Below are positions 25,201 to 37,137 of a DNA stretch of 64,000 nucleotides, in pieces. Source of the stretch: Macrostomum lignano (taxonomy: Eukaryota); the NCBI GenBank assembly GCA_002269645.1, contig NIVC01000073.1:806001-870000 (forward strand). Reading direction: 5' to 3'. Position 1 is the first letter of the stretch. Each line of letters opens with the position of its first letter. Both the position numbers and the translations under genes were made by a program. Under the pieces are notes generated by a model, which saw only the letters and a list, made by a program, of their open reading frames with translations, ran no database searches and was not told where the DNA came from.

Positions 25201-27232
25201 CATTTGTATAATTAATGGTTTTCGATTCTTGATTAAAAAAACACCTGAAGTTCACAAGTGAAAACAGCCTAATATTCGAATTTTAAAATTCATTAGTAAA
25301 AAACATCACAGTCATGGAAAAATCGCTCCGAATGTATCAGCAATACCCTCTTCAAATCTAGGACGAAAAAATCGGACACGAACCTGTCCAAGAATCCCCC
25401 ACAAATCCGTCCTAGAATCAGACACAAGCCAGATCAAACAAAAAACCTGTCTCAGAATCGGCCATAAAACCCGTCCCAGAATCGGCCAAAAAACCCGTCC
25501 CAGAATCGGCCAGAAACCCGTCCCGGCCAAAAAACCTCCCGGTCAAAAACCCGTCCCAGAATCGGTCAAAAACCCGTCCCAGAATCGGCCAAAAACCCGT
25601 CCCAGAATCGGCCAAAATCCGTCCCAGAATCGGTCAAAAACCCGTCCCAAGATCGGCCAAAAACCCGTCCCAGAATCGGCCAAAAACCCGTCCCAGAATC
25701 GGCCAAAAACCCGTCCCAGAATCGGCCAAAAACCCGTCCCAGAATCGGCCAAAAAACCCGTCCCAAAATCGGTCAAAAACCCGTCCCAGAATCGGCCAAA
25801 AACCCGTCCCAGAATCGGCGGGTCACAAACTGCCGCTCGAACACTCCAGACTGCAGGCCCGGCCGTACTCCCTAGCCAACTACGGTTCGCCTAGCTCCGT
25901 CAAACTGTACTTTAGCGAGGTATACATCCCTGCTGAGTCGGGTCGCACAGCTAGTCGTGAAGGCGTGGCCACAGGCTGGCTGAGACGCCTATCGCCGGGC
26001 GCTCGCATCCCAGTCTACGGCAGAGAGAATCGCAATTTTCGGCTGACAGAATCGCAGATGACCGATGGGCCGCTGCTGCTGATCGGGCCGGGCACTGGGT
26101 GCGCGCCTCTCTGCGCTTTTCTGGACTGGAGACGACAGCGGCTGCTTGAGAATGGGTGAGCTGGACCTAAAGATAAACAGTTGTTCGCCAAGTCTTGGAA
26201 GTCAGGAAATTTACAACTTTAATAACAGACACTACAGCTTACAACAAAATCAAAAAATCCTCTGAGAAACCTTTTCCGTAGGCTCTCTCCTCTCTCCTTT
26301 CCCCTTTCCCTTCTCTCCTCTCCCCTCTCCCTTCTCTCCGTCCTCTCTCCCCTCTCCTCTCCCTTCTCTCCTCTCTCTCCCCTCTCCTCTCCCTTCTCTC
26401 CTCTCTCTCCCCTCTCCTCTCTCCCCTCTCCTCTCCTCTCCCCTTTCCCTTCTCTCCTCTCTCCCCTCTCCCCCCCCTCATCTCTCTCCCGTCTCCTCTC
26501 TCCCCTGTCCCCTCTCCCTTCTCTCCTCTCTCCCGTCTCCTCTCTCCTCTCTCCCGTCTCCTCTCTCCTCTCTCCCCTATCCCCTCTCTCTCTTCTCTCT
26601 CACTCTCTTCTCTCGTCTTTCATAATCCATTCCCTCTCCTTTCTACTCTCATCTGAACAGCAGCCATAAGCTGGATTCTTAATCCGGCCCTTGAGTTAAA
26701 AAAAGTTGTCCGACCCCTGGTCTATTTGAATTATTGACCTGGAAAAATTTAATGACCTTTTGATATTTTTTGCAGAGACGCCAAAGAGCAGCAGCTGGGC
26801 GAAGCCTGGCTGCTTCACGGCTGCCGCCGACCCGATTGGGATTTCGCTTTCCGCGAACCGATCGAAGTGCTGAAAGATTCTGGCGCTGTGCAGCAGGTCC
26901 GACTGGCTTTCTCTCGTTTAGACGAATCCCAGATTCCTAAGCTGGCATCGAATCAATGCAGAGGCTACGTGACTAATTGGATAGCAACGGAGGCTGCCGA
27001 GATTAGGCGCCTGTTACTAGGCGAGCACAAATCCACCTGTTGCGTATTGGTTTGCGGCGATGCCACTGGCATGGCTAAGGACGTCCTGGCTGCGCTGGAG
27101 GCCGCCCTAACTCCGGGTATCGACAAGGTCGACGATTCGTCCACGAAAAAGTCGGGCGGCGGATCGGCTGCCGCTCACCTGCTGGCTCGGATGCGAATTG
27201 AAGGCCGGTACAAGGAGGACGTCTGGTCTTGA
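22225..27232 (+). CDS. MTRR: Methionine synthase reductase-like diflavin oxidoreductase; exons 22225(or 22183)-22821, 23937-24562, 25026-25145, 25850-26155, 26776-27232
   Basis: Flavodoxin motifs ILYGSQTGQA, SSTGDGDAPDNA, LGLGDTNY; FAD domain LLDLL..FPSC.PPL and LQARPYS; NADPH domain GPGTG, HGCR, VCGDATGMAKDV, EDVWS*. All four introns GT-AG with consistent phases. Confidence 0.85.
23175..23460 (+). mobile_element. tRNA-derived SINE (same family as 27425-27580 and 50327-50705)
   Basis: Head gtagcc..tccagcgcggcgctct...ccaggctcgaatccaagtgcagtca (B-box-like), shared body ggcacagtgaagtgtacatgcctaacgataaataaag, tail cccc..tctaata. Confidence 0.65.
23500..23870 (-). mobile_element. Second SINE, tail-to-tail with the previous one
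   Basis: Minus strand ggtttgaatccgcggccacattaatttgggg; the cacattaatttgggg block recurs at ~50398. Confidence 0.5.
24625..24985. repeat. 22-27 bp minisatellite (gattcacattgagaatcgtcact) in MTRR intron 2
   Basis: Tandem copies with graded unit variants. Confidence 0.95.
25365..25820. repeat. ~23-bp minisatellite (aaaacccgtcccagaatcggcc) in MTRR intron 3
   Basis: Tandem copies visible. Confidence 0.95.
26280..26625. repeat. CT-rich low-complexity tract in MTRR intron 4
   Basis: Direct inspection. Confidence 0.9.
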
Positions 27233-28794
27233 GAAACTCGCAGCCGCAGGGCAATATTGGAACAGTGCTGAGCCAAACAAGATACAGATAAAATATAGTT
27301 AAAGTCGTCATCTTACCACTTTTCACATAATTTTCTACTACTCCTTGCTTGGTAGTATAGTTTTCATATAGAGAGATAAATTTATCTGAGCATAAAAAAT
27401 TGCTTGGCCTAGTAAAAAACCTCAGAGGTGCCGTACTCCAGTGGTGTGATTTTAGACCCAGGCTCGATTCCAAGTGCAGTCGCAGTAATGCCTTTGGGCA
27501 GTAATGCCTCTCGCCGGTTGTGCGACAATGTCGCTTAGAGTGCGCCAGGGTGCACACAGCCCCCTGCTTCTAATAAAAGAAGAAAACCCTAGCTAGTATG
27601 CTAGGCTAGGCAGGGAGAATTTAAATGATTAATTTACTATATTGGTTATATTATCTATCAATTTATCTATTCCGATAATGTGTCGTGTTCCTTATTATTG
27701 CTGTCAACACTCCTTAATAAATCATTGAATTTTGCTAGTAGTTTTACGTTAATCAAAAATTTCCGGATTCTGGCGCAAATTCAAATAATTTCACTATACG
27801 AATTCACACATGTATTTTCTATCGTGGATCTATTGTGACATGATTAGTCTTATCACTTAGATTTTTTACATTTATTATGTTTAATTAAGATGTCACATTA
27901 TGCCAATGAGATCGATATTTTGGTGCATTTTGTTGACTAGTCGAATGTACGGCATTGATATACTTAATATGTGCGTTATCGAAACCTAATTTCATCTGTG
28001 ATTTGCTGTTTGACGAGATGCTTTCCTTAGCTCTTGTGTGTGCCTTTATTAGTGTACCAAAGTCGGAGCCGAAGTTTAAGCTTTTCTACTAACTAAATAA
28101 AATCTGATGTGAAACCAGCTCTGCCAACTTTGACCTTAGAAAATTTGACAATTACAATGACAATTACTTTGGTTAAATTATTATAGTTGAGTAAACAATA
28201 ATGTGATTTCAGTATATTTGCTTAAAACTATAGAATCCTATCTGATAGGTTAAATAAGCATGCACAAAGACATTAAACAACAACAATATAACAGGGCGCG
28301 TTTCAGGGACTTGGCGCGAATGCAGACCGCACCGCGGCATCAGCCAGCAGACAGTCGACAAAAAACGCCGGACATTAAATTAGACATGAAATTAGAAATT
28401 AGACATTAAGAAACCAGTGGAAACGGCGCTTTTACAGACTGTGTTTCTAATTCGCTTGTTAGTGCAATATGACGTCAAAATTAAAAACATTAAAATAAGC
28501 TCAGTGGTTTTTCCTAGAGGGCTATAAAAAGGGCGACACAGACTACTGTCAAAGCCTTCTAGTCTCTGTAGATATGCCTACAACGGTAGGAAAACTGCGA
28601 GTACTACGCTCTTGTGTATGTTATCTAAACTCGTCTGACTAAATATAAATGTACTTTTAAATGTTTTGCGAAAAAGTACTAACAGATAATAGGATAATTA
28701 GAGATGTGAAAAAGTACAGCGTCTATTATTGTTTAGGTTCGAGCATAGTTTGTCTGCGCTGCAGTCGTGTATTTTAAATTAAATGTGGGCAGTT

Positions 28795-29030
28795 GAAAAT
28801 TTCCCTTCTTGAACCCCGGGGTTTGCGGCCTCGGGAGCATATGGGGTTAAGGAATCAACAACAAGCATTTACCTCGATATACACAAGTATACGCAAGACG
28901 GATGAAACCCAGTCTAGGGGGCAGGCCCAGTTTAGCTCAGCCAATGAGAGACCAGTAAGGACAGAGGTCAGTCAGACACAAGCGGGCAAGAGTCAAACTG
29001 TTTATCCACCTGACTAGGGGACTAGGGCGC
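28795..29030. repeat. Dispersed repeat, inverted copy at ~56920-57200
   Basis: ggggcaggcccag...gctcagccaatgagaga.cagtaagga matches the reverse complement of 56925-57100. Confidence 0.6.
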
Positions 29031-29124
29031 TTAGTGTTCTTATCTTCTTCTAATCTAATCTTCTATCTTCTATCTAATCTTCTAATCTTCTTCTATCTTC
29101 TATCTATCTTCTAAATCTAAATAT

Positions 29125-29250
29125 AATCTGGGGGTTGCTTGCTATCTGGGGGGTGCCTGCTATCTGGGGGGTGCTTGCTATCTGGGGGTGCTTGCTAACT
29201 GGGGGTGCCTGCTATCTGGGGGGTGCCTGCTATCTGGGGGATGCTTGCTG
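29125..29250. repeat. ~19-bp tandem repeat (ggggtgcttgctatctgg)
   Basis: About 6 copies. Confidence 0.85.
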
Positions 29251-32200
29251 TCTTAGGATGTTTTCTTTTTGCATTGCACTTCATCTGAGCAGTTTTTCTA
29301 TTGACTATGTGAAGGCTTTGTTTGGCCATCTTATTGATACTTGTAGAGAACAGAGATTCTATCTAGATGTCCCCCATCGGGGGGCGAAGATTGCTAGTCT
29401 AAATATACTAAATCTCTAATATTTGTATGCTTGTCCATAACGCTCTAGAGATTGCAATTCTTCACCGATTTTCATCGCGTGAAGAATTTCACCGATTTGT
29501 AATTAGCCCAGGATCGTATGGTTAAAATTTCTTTTATCTGCCTCAATGCTAAAGGGATTAAATATTCAAAAAACTGTTTTAAATAGGCTTTTTCATTGCA
29601 AATTTTATCAGCGAGAAACTTCACAGCCAATTTTAATTGATTGCGCCAGAGCAACTGCTAAGAAAACTCACTGGGCCCCACTTAAAGGGGGGAGAATAAA
29701 AAATTATTCTGGATGCTGGCAGCCAGCTCTAATTAGCTAGTCCGTCAATATCTATATTTATAATACTGAAAAGTTTAGATCAGTGCATTCTTTGCAACTG
29801 ACATGTCTAGTTACTCTAGTTCTGTGGTTGCTTCAGAAGTTGTCCAAAATTTTACTTCTGCAGTAAAGAAGTCAAATATTGTCTCAAATAAATAAATTGA
29901 ACTTGACTTGTCAGTACAATATTGTCGACTTTCAAAACCCTATACATTTGATTTAACATCAAGACTTAAATTCCATATCGTAGTCAGAGAATTTCGCATG
30001 TCTTGGAGCGACCAGCGGCGCTCTGCACCCTTGCCAGCTTCTCCCGCTTCTTCTCGCTCAGTGGAGGCAGGCTCGCAGGCCCGCCACCCCCAGCCTCTGC
30101 AGCTTCTGTTCCGCTCTTCGCCTGCCTACCAGCCGCCGCCTCAGCTCCGCTCTTCGCCTGCCCACCAGCCGCAGCCTCAGCTCCGATCTTCGCCTGCCCA
30201 CCAGCCGCAGCCTCAGCTCCGCTCTTCGCCTGCCCACCAGCCTCTGCCTCTGCCGCAGACGCCGGCACAATCTGCCGCAGTCTGGCGTGAAGCTCCTCGA
30301 ACTTTTCGCCGCGCCACGTCAGCTGGTCCTCCGCGTCCTTGTACATCTGCACGTAGATGAGCTGCGTGAGCGGCATCGACATCGGACCCTCGGGCGGCCA
30401 CGCCATCTTCTCCAGCATCACCGGAACGATCGGCTTGCGGATGGCGTCGGCGAGGCCCACCTCTCGCCTGCAGTTGGGCGAGGCGGCGTACTTGGGAGTG
30501 ACGAAGGCGACAACGACGCTGCAGCCGCGAACTCCGCGGTCGATCTTCTCGTAGAGCGAGTCGCCGCCTCCCATCTGGAAGATGTCCATCCAGCAGGTGA
30601 AGCCAAGACTGCACAGTCGAGAGTAGAGCGCCTTCACCTCTGACTGCTTGGACCACTGGTAGGACAGGAACACCTGCGGAGCGGCTGGCGGAGCGTCGCG
30701 GCTGTCGGCCGAGTCGGACTTGTCCTTGGCCTTGGCGTCCGTCTTGGAGGCCTCCTTCCGGTCGGGCAGCACGATGGTCTCGTCGGCGCTGGGCGGCTGC
30801 CACCAGTTCGCGTACTCTGTACTCACCGAGTCGTAGTCGGGCGCCACGGCCAACCGGATCTGAACCAGCAGCTCCATGAACTTGTCCGGCGGCCAGAACA
30901 CTCCACCGGAGCCGCGCCTTGCCGCTTCGATCGAACAAGCGGATGTACAGGTACTCGGTCAGCAGAGGTCCCATGGCTCCTTCCGGAGGCCAAGACACTC
31001 GCTCGAGCTGCACCGGGATCAGGTGCTTGTTCAGCGACACGGACAGGTTCAGCTGCAAATTGGAGATGAGCACGGGATGTATGTGTGAGCACACATGTAG
31101 CTACTCTACTGCAAGGATGAACTCAGGATGAACACGCTCACCTCTCGTCTGCAGTTGTCCGACTTGGAGTACTTGTCCGTCACGCACGCAATGACCACCT
31201 TGGCTGACCGAACTCCAGCATCGATAGCCGAGAACAGCTTGTCTCCGCCTCCCATCTGGCCAATGTCCATCCAGCAGCGATATCCGGCCTTCTCCAGGTG
31301 CTGCTTGAGCATCTTCACCTCGGCCTGGTGGCCCCACTGATAGCTGAGGAAGACGTTGCGAGGCGCCGTGAACTCGACCGGGTCGTCGGAGGCAGCGGAC
31401 TCTGAATGGAAGCGGCGAGCAGAGAACTCCGTTGTAGTATCAGTTATTCAATTAGCAACGATTGGTCTCTATTCAAGCTCAGATAGCTTGTACTCACCTG
31501 CGTTCAGAATGGACGCCTCGACAATGGCTGCTGCGTCAAGACGGTTCATCTCCTTGAGCTGCTGCAGCACAGCCTTGGACGCTTCCGCTGCTCGGTTGTT
31601 TGTGTAGAACTCGGCCAGCATACTCATACACGGGTCCGCAGTTGTGGCCCATGCTCGAATGTCGTCGGCCGAGAAGTTCAGTCTCTGAGCCAGCAGTCGC
31701 CAGTCAGTGTCGGACTCCGGGTTTATCAGTCGGGACACTTCGCGAGACCAGGCAGGAGCCGCGCTCAGAGTCTGTAGTGGAGTTGTAACTGCGAGTTGGC
31801 TTCTTTATCAACCATATGAGCCTACAGAAGGCTTCTTCTCAGCGACTCACCTTGAGATCGATCTCCTCGACCTTCTCGCCCAGCACGCCCACAGCGACAT
31901 TCAGCTCATCCACGCGGCCCTCCGTCGCGTCCACTCTGCCCCGAACTTGTCCGAGCTCGTCTCTGGTCTCGTCTACGCGACCCGACACCTCGTCGACTTT
32001 GTGTCCGGTGTCGCTCAAGTCTCGCTCGAGTCCGCCGATCTTGTCGCTCTGGTCGGTGATTTGGCCTTCCAGACCGACGAGCGAGCGGTTGGCGATCACA
32101 TCGAGTAGGTGGTTGCAGGCGTCGAGCAGAGCCGGGCTCGACTTCCAGTGCTTGATGTCGGACTCTCGCTCGGCCAGCAGCTGCGGACTGTCGACTCCGA

Positions 32201-35200
32201 CACTTCGCATCAGCGCGAGGCAGCTGGCCAGCTTTTCAGTCGCCGAATCCTTTTCAAGATAATGATTTACGACGTCAGTTATGGCTGTCATTAACTTGCA
32301 TGTACTGAATTTGCACTTTTCAATGGTATTCATCGCTGGAATGATGAGACTTATGTTGGACTTGGCCGCTTCTGCCAGTGTATCTAGGCAGTTTTCCATC
32401 ACAATACGCTGATCTTCACCAAGAAACCCAAGTCCTTCTAGCGCTGTAAATTGATGATCTCCTATCTTCTTGAGCATTTTGAGCATGTAATCGCGTAATT
32501 CATCGGGGCAGTGCTTGCTGTTGTGCTTGCAAGCGTGTGCGACCAAATATGTCAGTTGCGTATCGATGTTCAGAGTGCCATCCTGAAGGCTAATAAGCTG
32601 TGGAATTTGCTGCGCCAATGTGTCTGGCACCTCGTTGCGTGAACTGCTTTGCAGAGTGTCTGGAATGTACGGAGAGATGCTCTGAAATACTCATATTTTA
32701 CACAGTGTCTGTAAAGAGATGGTATTTAAATTTTACATATCAATCCAGGTGCCAAGCCGGTGTAAATTTCCGGTTGCTCTCTCTTCGTTCTTTTATACGT
32801 GTCCACTAGAAGAGGTAGATGCGGCAGAAAAGCAAACACGGTATCTGAGCTGTTGCCAAGGCAGTTGTTAAGCCCCAGCAAAACTCCGGTAGCCATGTCG
32901 CCTCGTGAGCTGCTGAAGAACCTGTCCACGGCTTTGGTGTACAGAGGAAATAGGTCCTTGTTGATTGTCACTAGCTACAGGTGTCAATTTTCAATTTAAT
33001 TTTTTAGTTTTACGAACGGAACTTTTGCAGTAAAATGCTTCGTAGCATGGGCTGATTGAAGTTATTTTTACCTTCGCAGCTTGTTGGAATCCAGCGGTTA
33101 GACTAACAACAACAGAGTGCAGTATTTGGCCTTCCAGAGTCAAGGTGTCACTGCCAGTTACGTCGGCTGTAGCCAATTCATTTTCAAGGCAGGTTTCCAG
33201 AAGTGGACGAAATTTCTCAAGTAGATTGCAAATGGTTTCTGGCGAGATCCTCCTGTTAATGAAAATTAGCGTCTTGATCAACTTACCTCTTGGAAGCTTC
33301 CAAGTAATTCTTTGTTGGGCTTTTAAGTCCAGCACTACAGCAGAGCATAGGTCGTGCATACTTCCTTTCGACTTGCGGTCAGACCTCATGGTAAATCTGT
33401 TTGCTACTTCCAGAGATGCCAATTTTTGCCTACTAGGCTGAAATAAAATTTAAAACATTAATGCGCCAATCTTACACCACATTGTCGATGAAATCGAGCG
33501 GTATTCTAAGAAACATGCTTCCATAGTTCAAAGTGTCGAGTGTAATAACTGGCTGTCGCACACACTGAACCATTGCGTCAAGGACAGCAGGTAGCTGGTC
33601 AGTCAGGTCCAGCCAGTTAAACATGTCGCACCGCCAGCCGCTCACGAGAATAGTTAAGCTTAGGCTGCGAACGGCTAGTAGCAGAATTTCGAGCAGCTTG
33701 AGCTGCATTGGTATCTGCCGGAGCATCGACTTTCCGGGCGATTGGCTAGAAAAAACACGAATCAATATGGAGGATTTTATTATAATTATCTTAGCTACCG
33801 ATCGAGCTAACAGATTTCAATACCTATAATTACCTATAACCTACAAATAATGAATCTAGTGGATATATTGGCTTCCTGAATATAAAGGCTTAGTGTGCTC
33901 AATAAGCGTCGTTATATAGCTATACACAGCCATCAAGTAGAGACCAATTTTTGAAAGGACACGGTCTGTTTGAGTATATCGGCTTCCTTTCGTACAGCAG
34001 TCGTGCGATTTGATCGCTGAGTTGATGTTGACTGCTTTTGATGCAACGCAAAATTATAATTTACGTTCTATAATTACGATCCTAACCTCTCAGCAAAAAC
34101 ATAAAAAAACAACTCAGCAAAGAAGAGAGTGAAGGTGACTCACAAGATGTTCATGATCAGCTTGTTGAAAAGGTCGCCCGCTCTGAAATCGAGGGCCTGA
34201 CCGGATGTGGCTCGTTTCGCCTCTTCGACTGACAACACTTCGGCCACGAACGCGTCAATGAAAAGCCATAACGCCGGTCGGAATGTCTGAAATGGTTGGG
34301 TTTGGCTTACCTTGAGTCCAATGCGTTAATATTTATTTAGAAATGCATGCGCGATAATACTACATGGATCAAGAGTGCAACGAAGTTGAAATCAAAGTAA
34401 CTGAAAATTTTAATGCAAGTAAAGCAAAACGCTGCCGGCTAGTCGCTTGAAAAGTTTAAAAGGAAAATCTTTACACACACTCAATCTAGCAATGAAAAAT
34501 TTTGACAAAGGTCTGCGTTTACCGGTTTGCAGACTTGCAGACTCCTCTTGCTGATGAACAAATCTATGAGAATTAAAAGCAATAGCATTACTTAAGAGGG
34601 CTCTATATATTAACTGCGTCATGGCACTTTGAGATGCTTTGCACTGAATTTTCTGTGGTTTGTGCTACTACTAGTTTTAGCTATTGACCTCATTGACACG
34701 GTCATCAAACTAAAAGACTTCGGGCGATTACAGACTTTTATAAAAGAGCCTTTACACTGTACTATATAGACCCTCATCTTTTTGCTTAACCTTGAAAATT
34801 GATTTTTGGATAAACGTTCGTCCGCTGATTCTCTCCATCACACGAGTGTTGCAAGCTTAGTAACAGGCTATGAGAACCGACGTAATACCAAATGTATATA
34901 AAAAACCCAGACATTAATTTTGTAAGTCTTAGTCAGCTAAAAGATTGAAGTCTGGTGTGCCAACAGTGACAACCATATGATTTCTATTTCTGACAAGTCC
35001 TGTCGGTACAGTACAGTACATTACACTTCAGTCTTAGCTACAGACTACAACGGAGCGCTAGTCTTATCAAGAGATCTTTAATACAAAAAACTTATTCAGT
35101 ACCTCAGCATTTCGCTGAATTAGTTTAATCCTGTCGCTGTCGATGTACATTTTTCTAAAGTACAAGTCGAACTCTGTGCTAGAGATGCGCATTAGGTTCA

Positions 35201-35365
35201 GGTAGGCGGGCATGCATTCGCTCAGCTCTTCAACGCTGGTCACAAGCTCGGGCATCAGGTTGCTGTACAACTGGCTGCGAATGTCCTTCAGTAGCTGCGG
35301 AACTGCAGCCAGCTTGCCGTTCTCATCCGGTGGAGGTGGCCTGATGAGCAAGAATCCTATGCTTC

Positions 35366-36420
35366 TGTTGTACCTGTGGTTGTCCTGCTGTACAGCGCAG
35401 TGACTTGGGCTCCGTCCTCTCACTTAGAAGCCTTCTTAACTTTAGTAGCGTAGGTATTGCTGCCACCAGTTCCTTCAGGTCTCGGCCTTCGGTGAGGTGA
35501 GCTTCCCGTCGGAACGAAATAATGAAGTCAACGAACACAGCACGACGTGCAGATTTGCAGCTCAACGTATAAGGCGTCTCGTCAGCAGCACCTGCCGGGC
35601 TTGGATGGTACAGGGAGGGCTGAGTTAGCCTCTCGTAGACTTGGATTGGTTTGGTCGGGTCTCAGTCGGAGCAATAGGAACAGAATCAATGTGCGCAAAG
35701 ACTCGGACACTCGGGACTTAGTCACACGCGGACGTAGAACTCGAGGTTGAACAGAAGGAAGACTCCTTGACGGAAACAAGGGGGAGAGGGCTCCTATTTA
35801 TAGCCGGGAAATTCCCACGCTCCAGACCTCGTGACTTGTTCTATTTTTAGAACTGACGTCACTCGAGAGTCTTGGGCAGGGTACAAGCGCGCGGAAGACC
35901 TCGTGACTTGTTCTATTTTTAGAACTGACGTCACTCGAGAGTCTTGGGCAGGGTACAAGCGCGCGGAAGACCTCGTGACTTGTTCTATTTTTAGAACTGA
36001 CGTCACTTGAGGTCCCCGGCCAGAGTACACGCGGCTGTGACTCAGTTGCTATTTTTAGCAACATGAGTCACTCCTCTCCTTAGAGAAGGGAAGGGTCCGA
36101 AAGCACGTGACTCACCCGGTAAACAGGGCCAACGAGTGCAGTAAACATGTTTACTGCACTTTAAGACTCAAAGAACGCAAGAACTGTCATGTGACTTGCT
36201 CACAAGACAGGGAAAACGGGACGGGAGCGAAACAGAGACAGCCCACAGTCGAGAGACTGAGGGCTGAGAACGGAAACGCAACAGGGCGGAAAGGACACGG
36301 GGGCAACAGGCAAGCGAAAGGAGGGCGGGAAGCTGACCAGCGGCAGACAGCAACCCAAAGGGAGGGCGAGGGAACGGCTGACAAGGGTGACGCCTAGCCA
36401 TAAACTAGCGGCTCACTACA
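35366..36420 (-). repeat. 3' LTR (1055 bp)
   Basis: Matches 44130-45184 at a constant offset of 8764. Confidence 0.97.
35795..36115 (-). promoter_or_regulatory. LTR U3 promoter: TATAAATA plus three 72-bp repeats each with TGACGTCA, and three TGA(C/G)TCA sites
   Basis: Repeat units start 35824, 35896, 35968; TATA on the minus strand at ~35795-35802; the same block is present at +8764 in the 5' LTR. Confidence 0.7.
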
Positions 36421-37137
36421 CTCTCCCCGTTCAAATAAAGAGGCGGAGTGAAGGCGGAGCGCGCCTTTATTTAAAAAGGTAAACTGCAGAAAATAAAATT
36501 TTGATTGGCAAAAAGGTGGTAACTTTGGCAGAATAGCAGAAGAGGGTGGGTCAGGCCCATGATTGCGACCCAAAACGCACGGCGGGGGCGCCTGCCCGCA
36601 TGAATTCAGCGCCTAAATACCGGGGTGCTTTAAATAATAGCAGGGCCCGTGGGGGAGAAAGGGGATACCTGAGCAGGTATGGGGACGTAAAAATAGAGGC
36701 CGCAATCGGACTTAAACGCGCGGCTGGGCGAGAGCCGTAAAACTGCCCCATACGGTATTAGTGGAACACACCAAATGCAGACGGGGGGCGCCAGCCCCAA
36801 GAAAGCAAGAAGCGCCTAAATACAAAGGGATGCGGGAGTTCTTGCAGAGCCCTGGGGAAGAAAAGCAAGGGACTGGCCAGAGGCCTTCAAAGGGTTATCA
36901 TCAGCTTGAGCACAAATGGCAAATGCTGCTCACAAAAGGAGAAAATTAAATGGCGCGATTGCGCAAAATTTGCACAGTTGCTATGGGCGCTAAGTCAGTG
37001 GCGCCGAAGGGTTTCGCACTAGGCTGCTTCCTAAAATCAATCAGTCCGCCCTGCCGCAGTTCATTATGATCTCGGGCACTGCCGGTGTGCGCCCAGCAAT
37101 TTGCCCAGCGATTAGCTGAGCTACAACGCGCGCTGTC

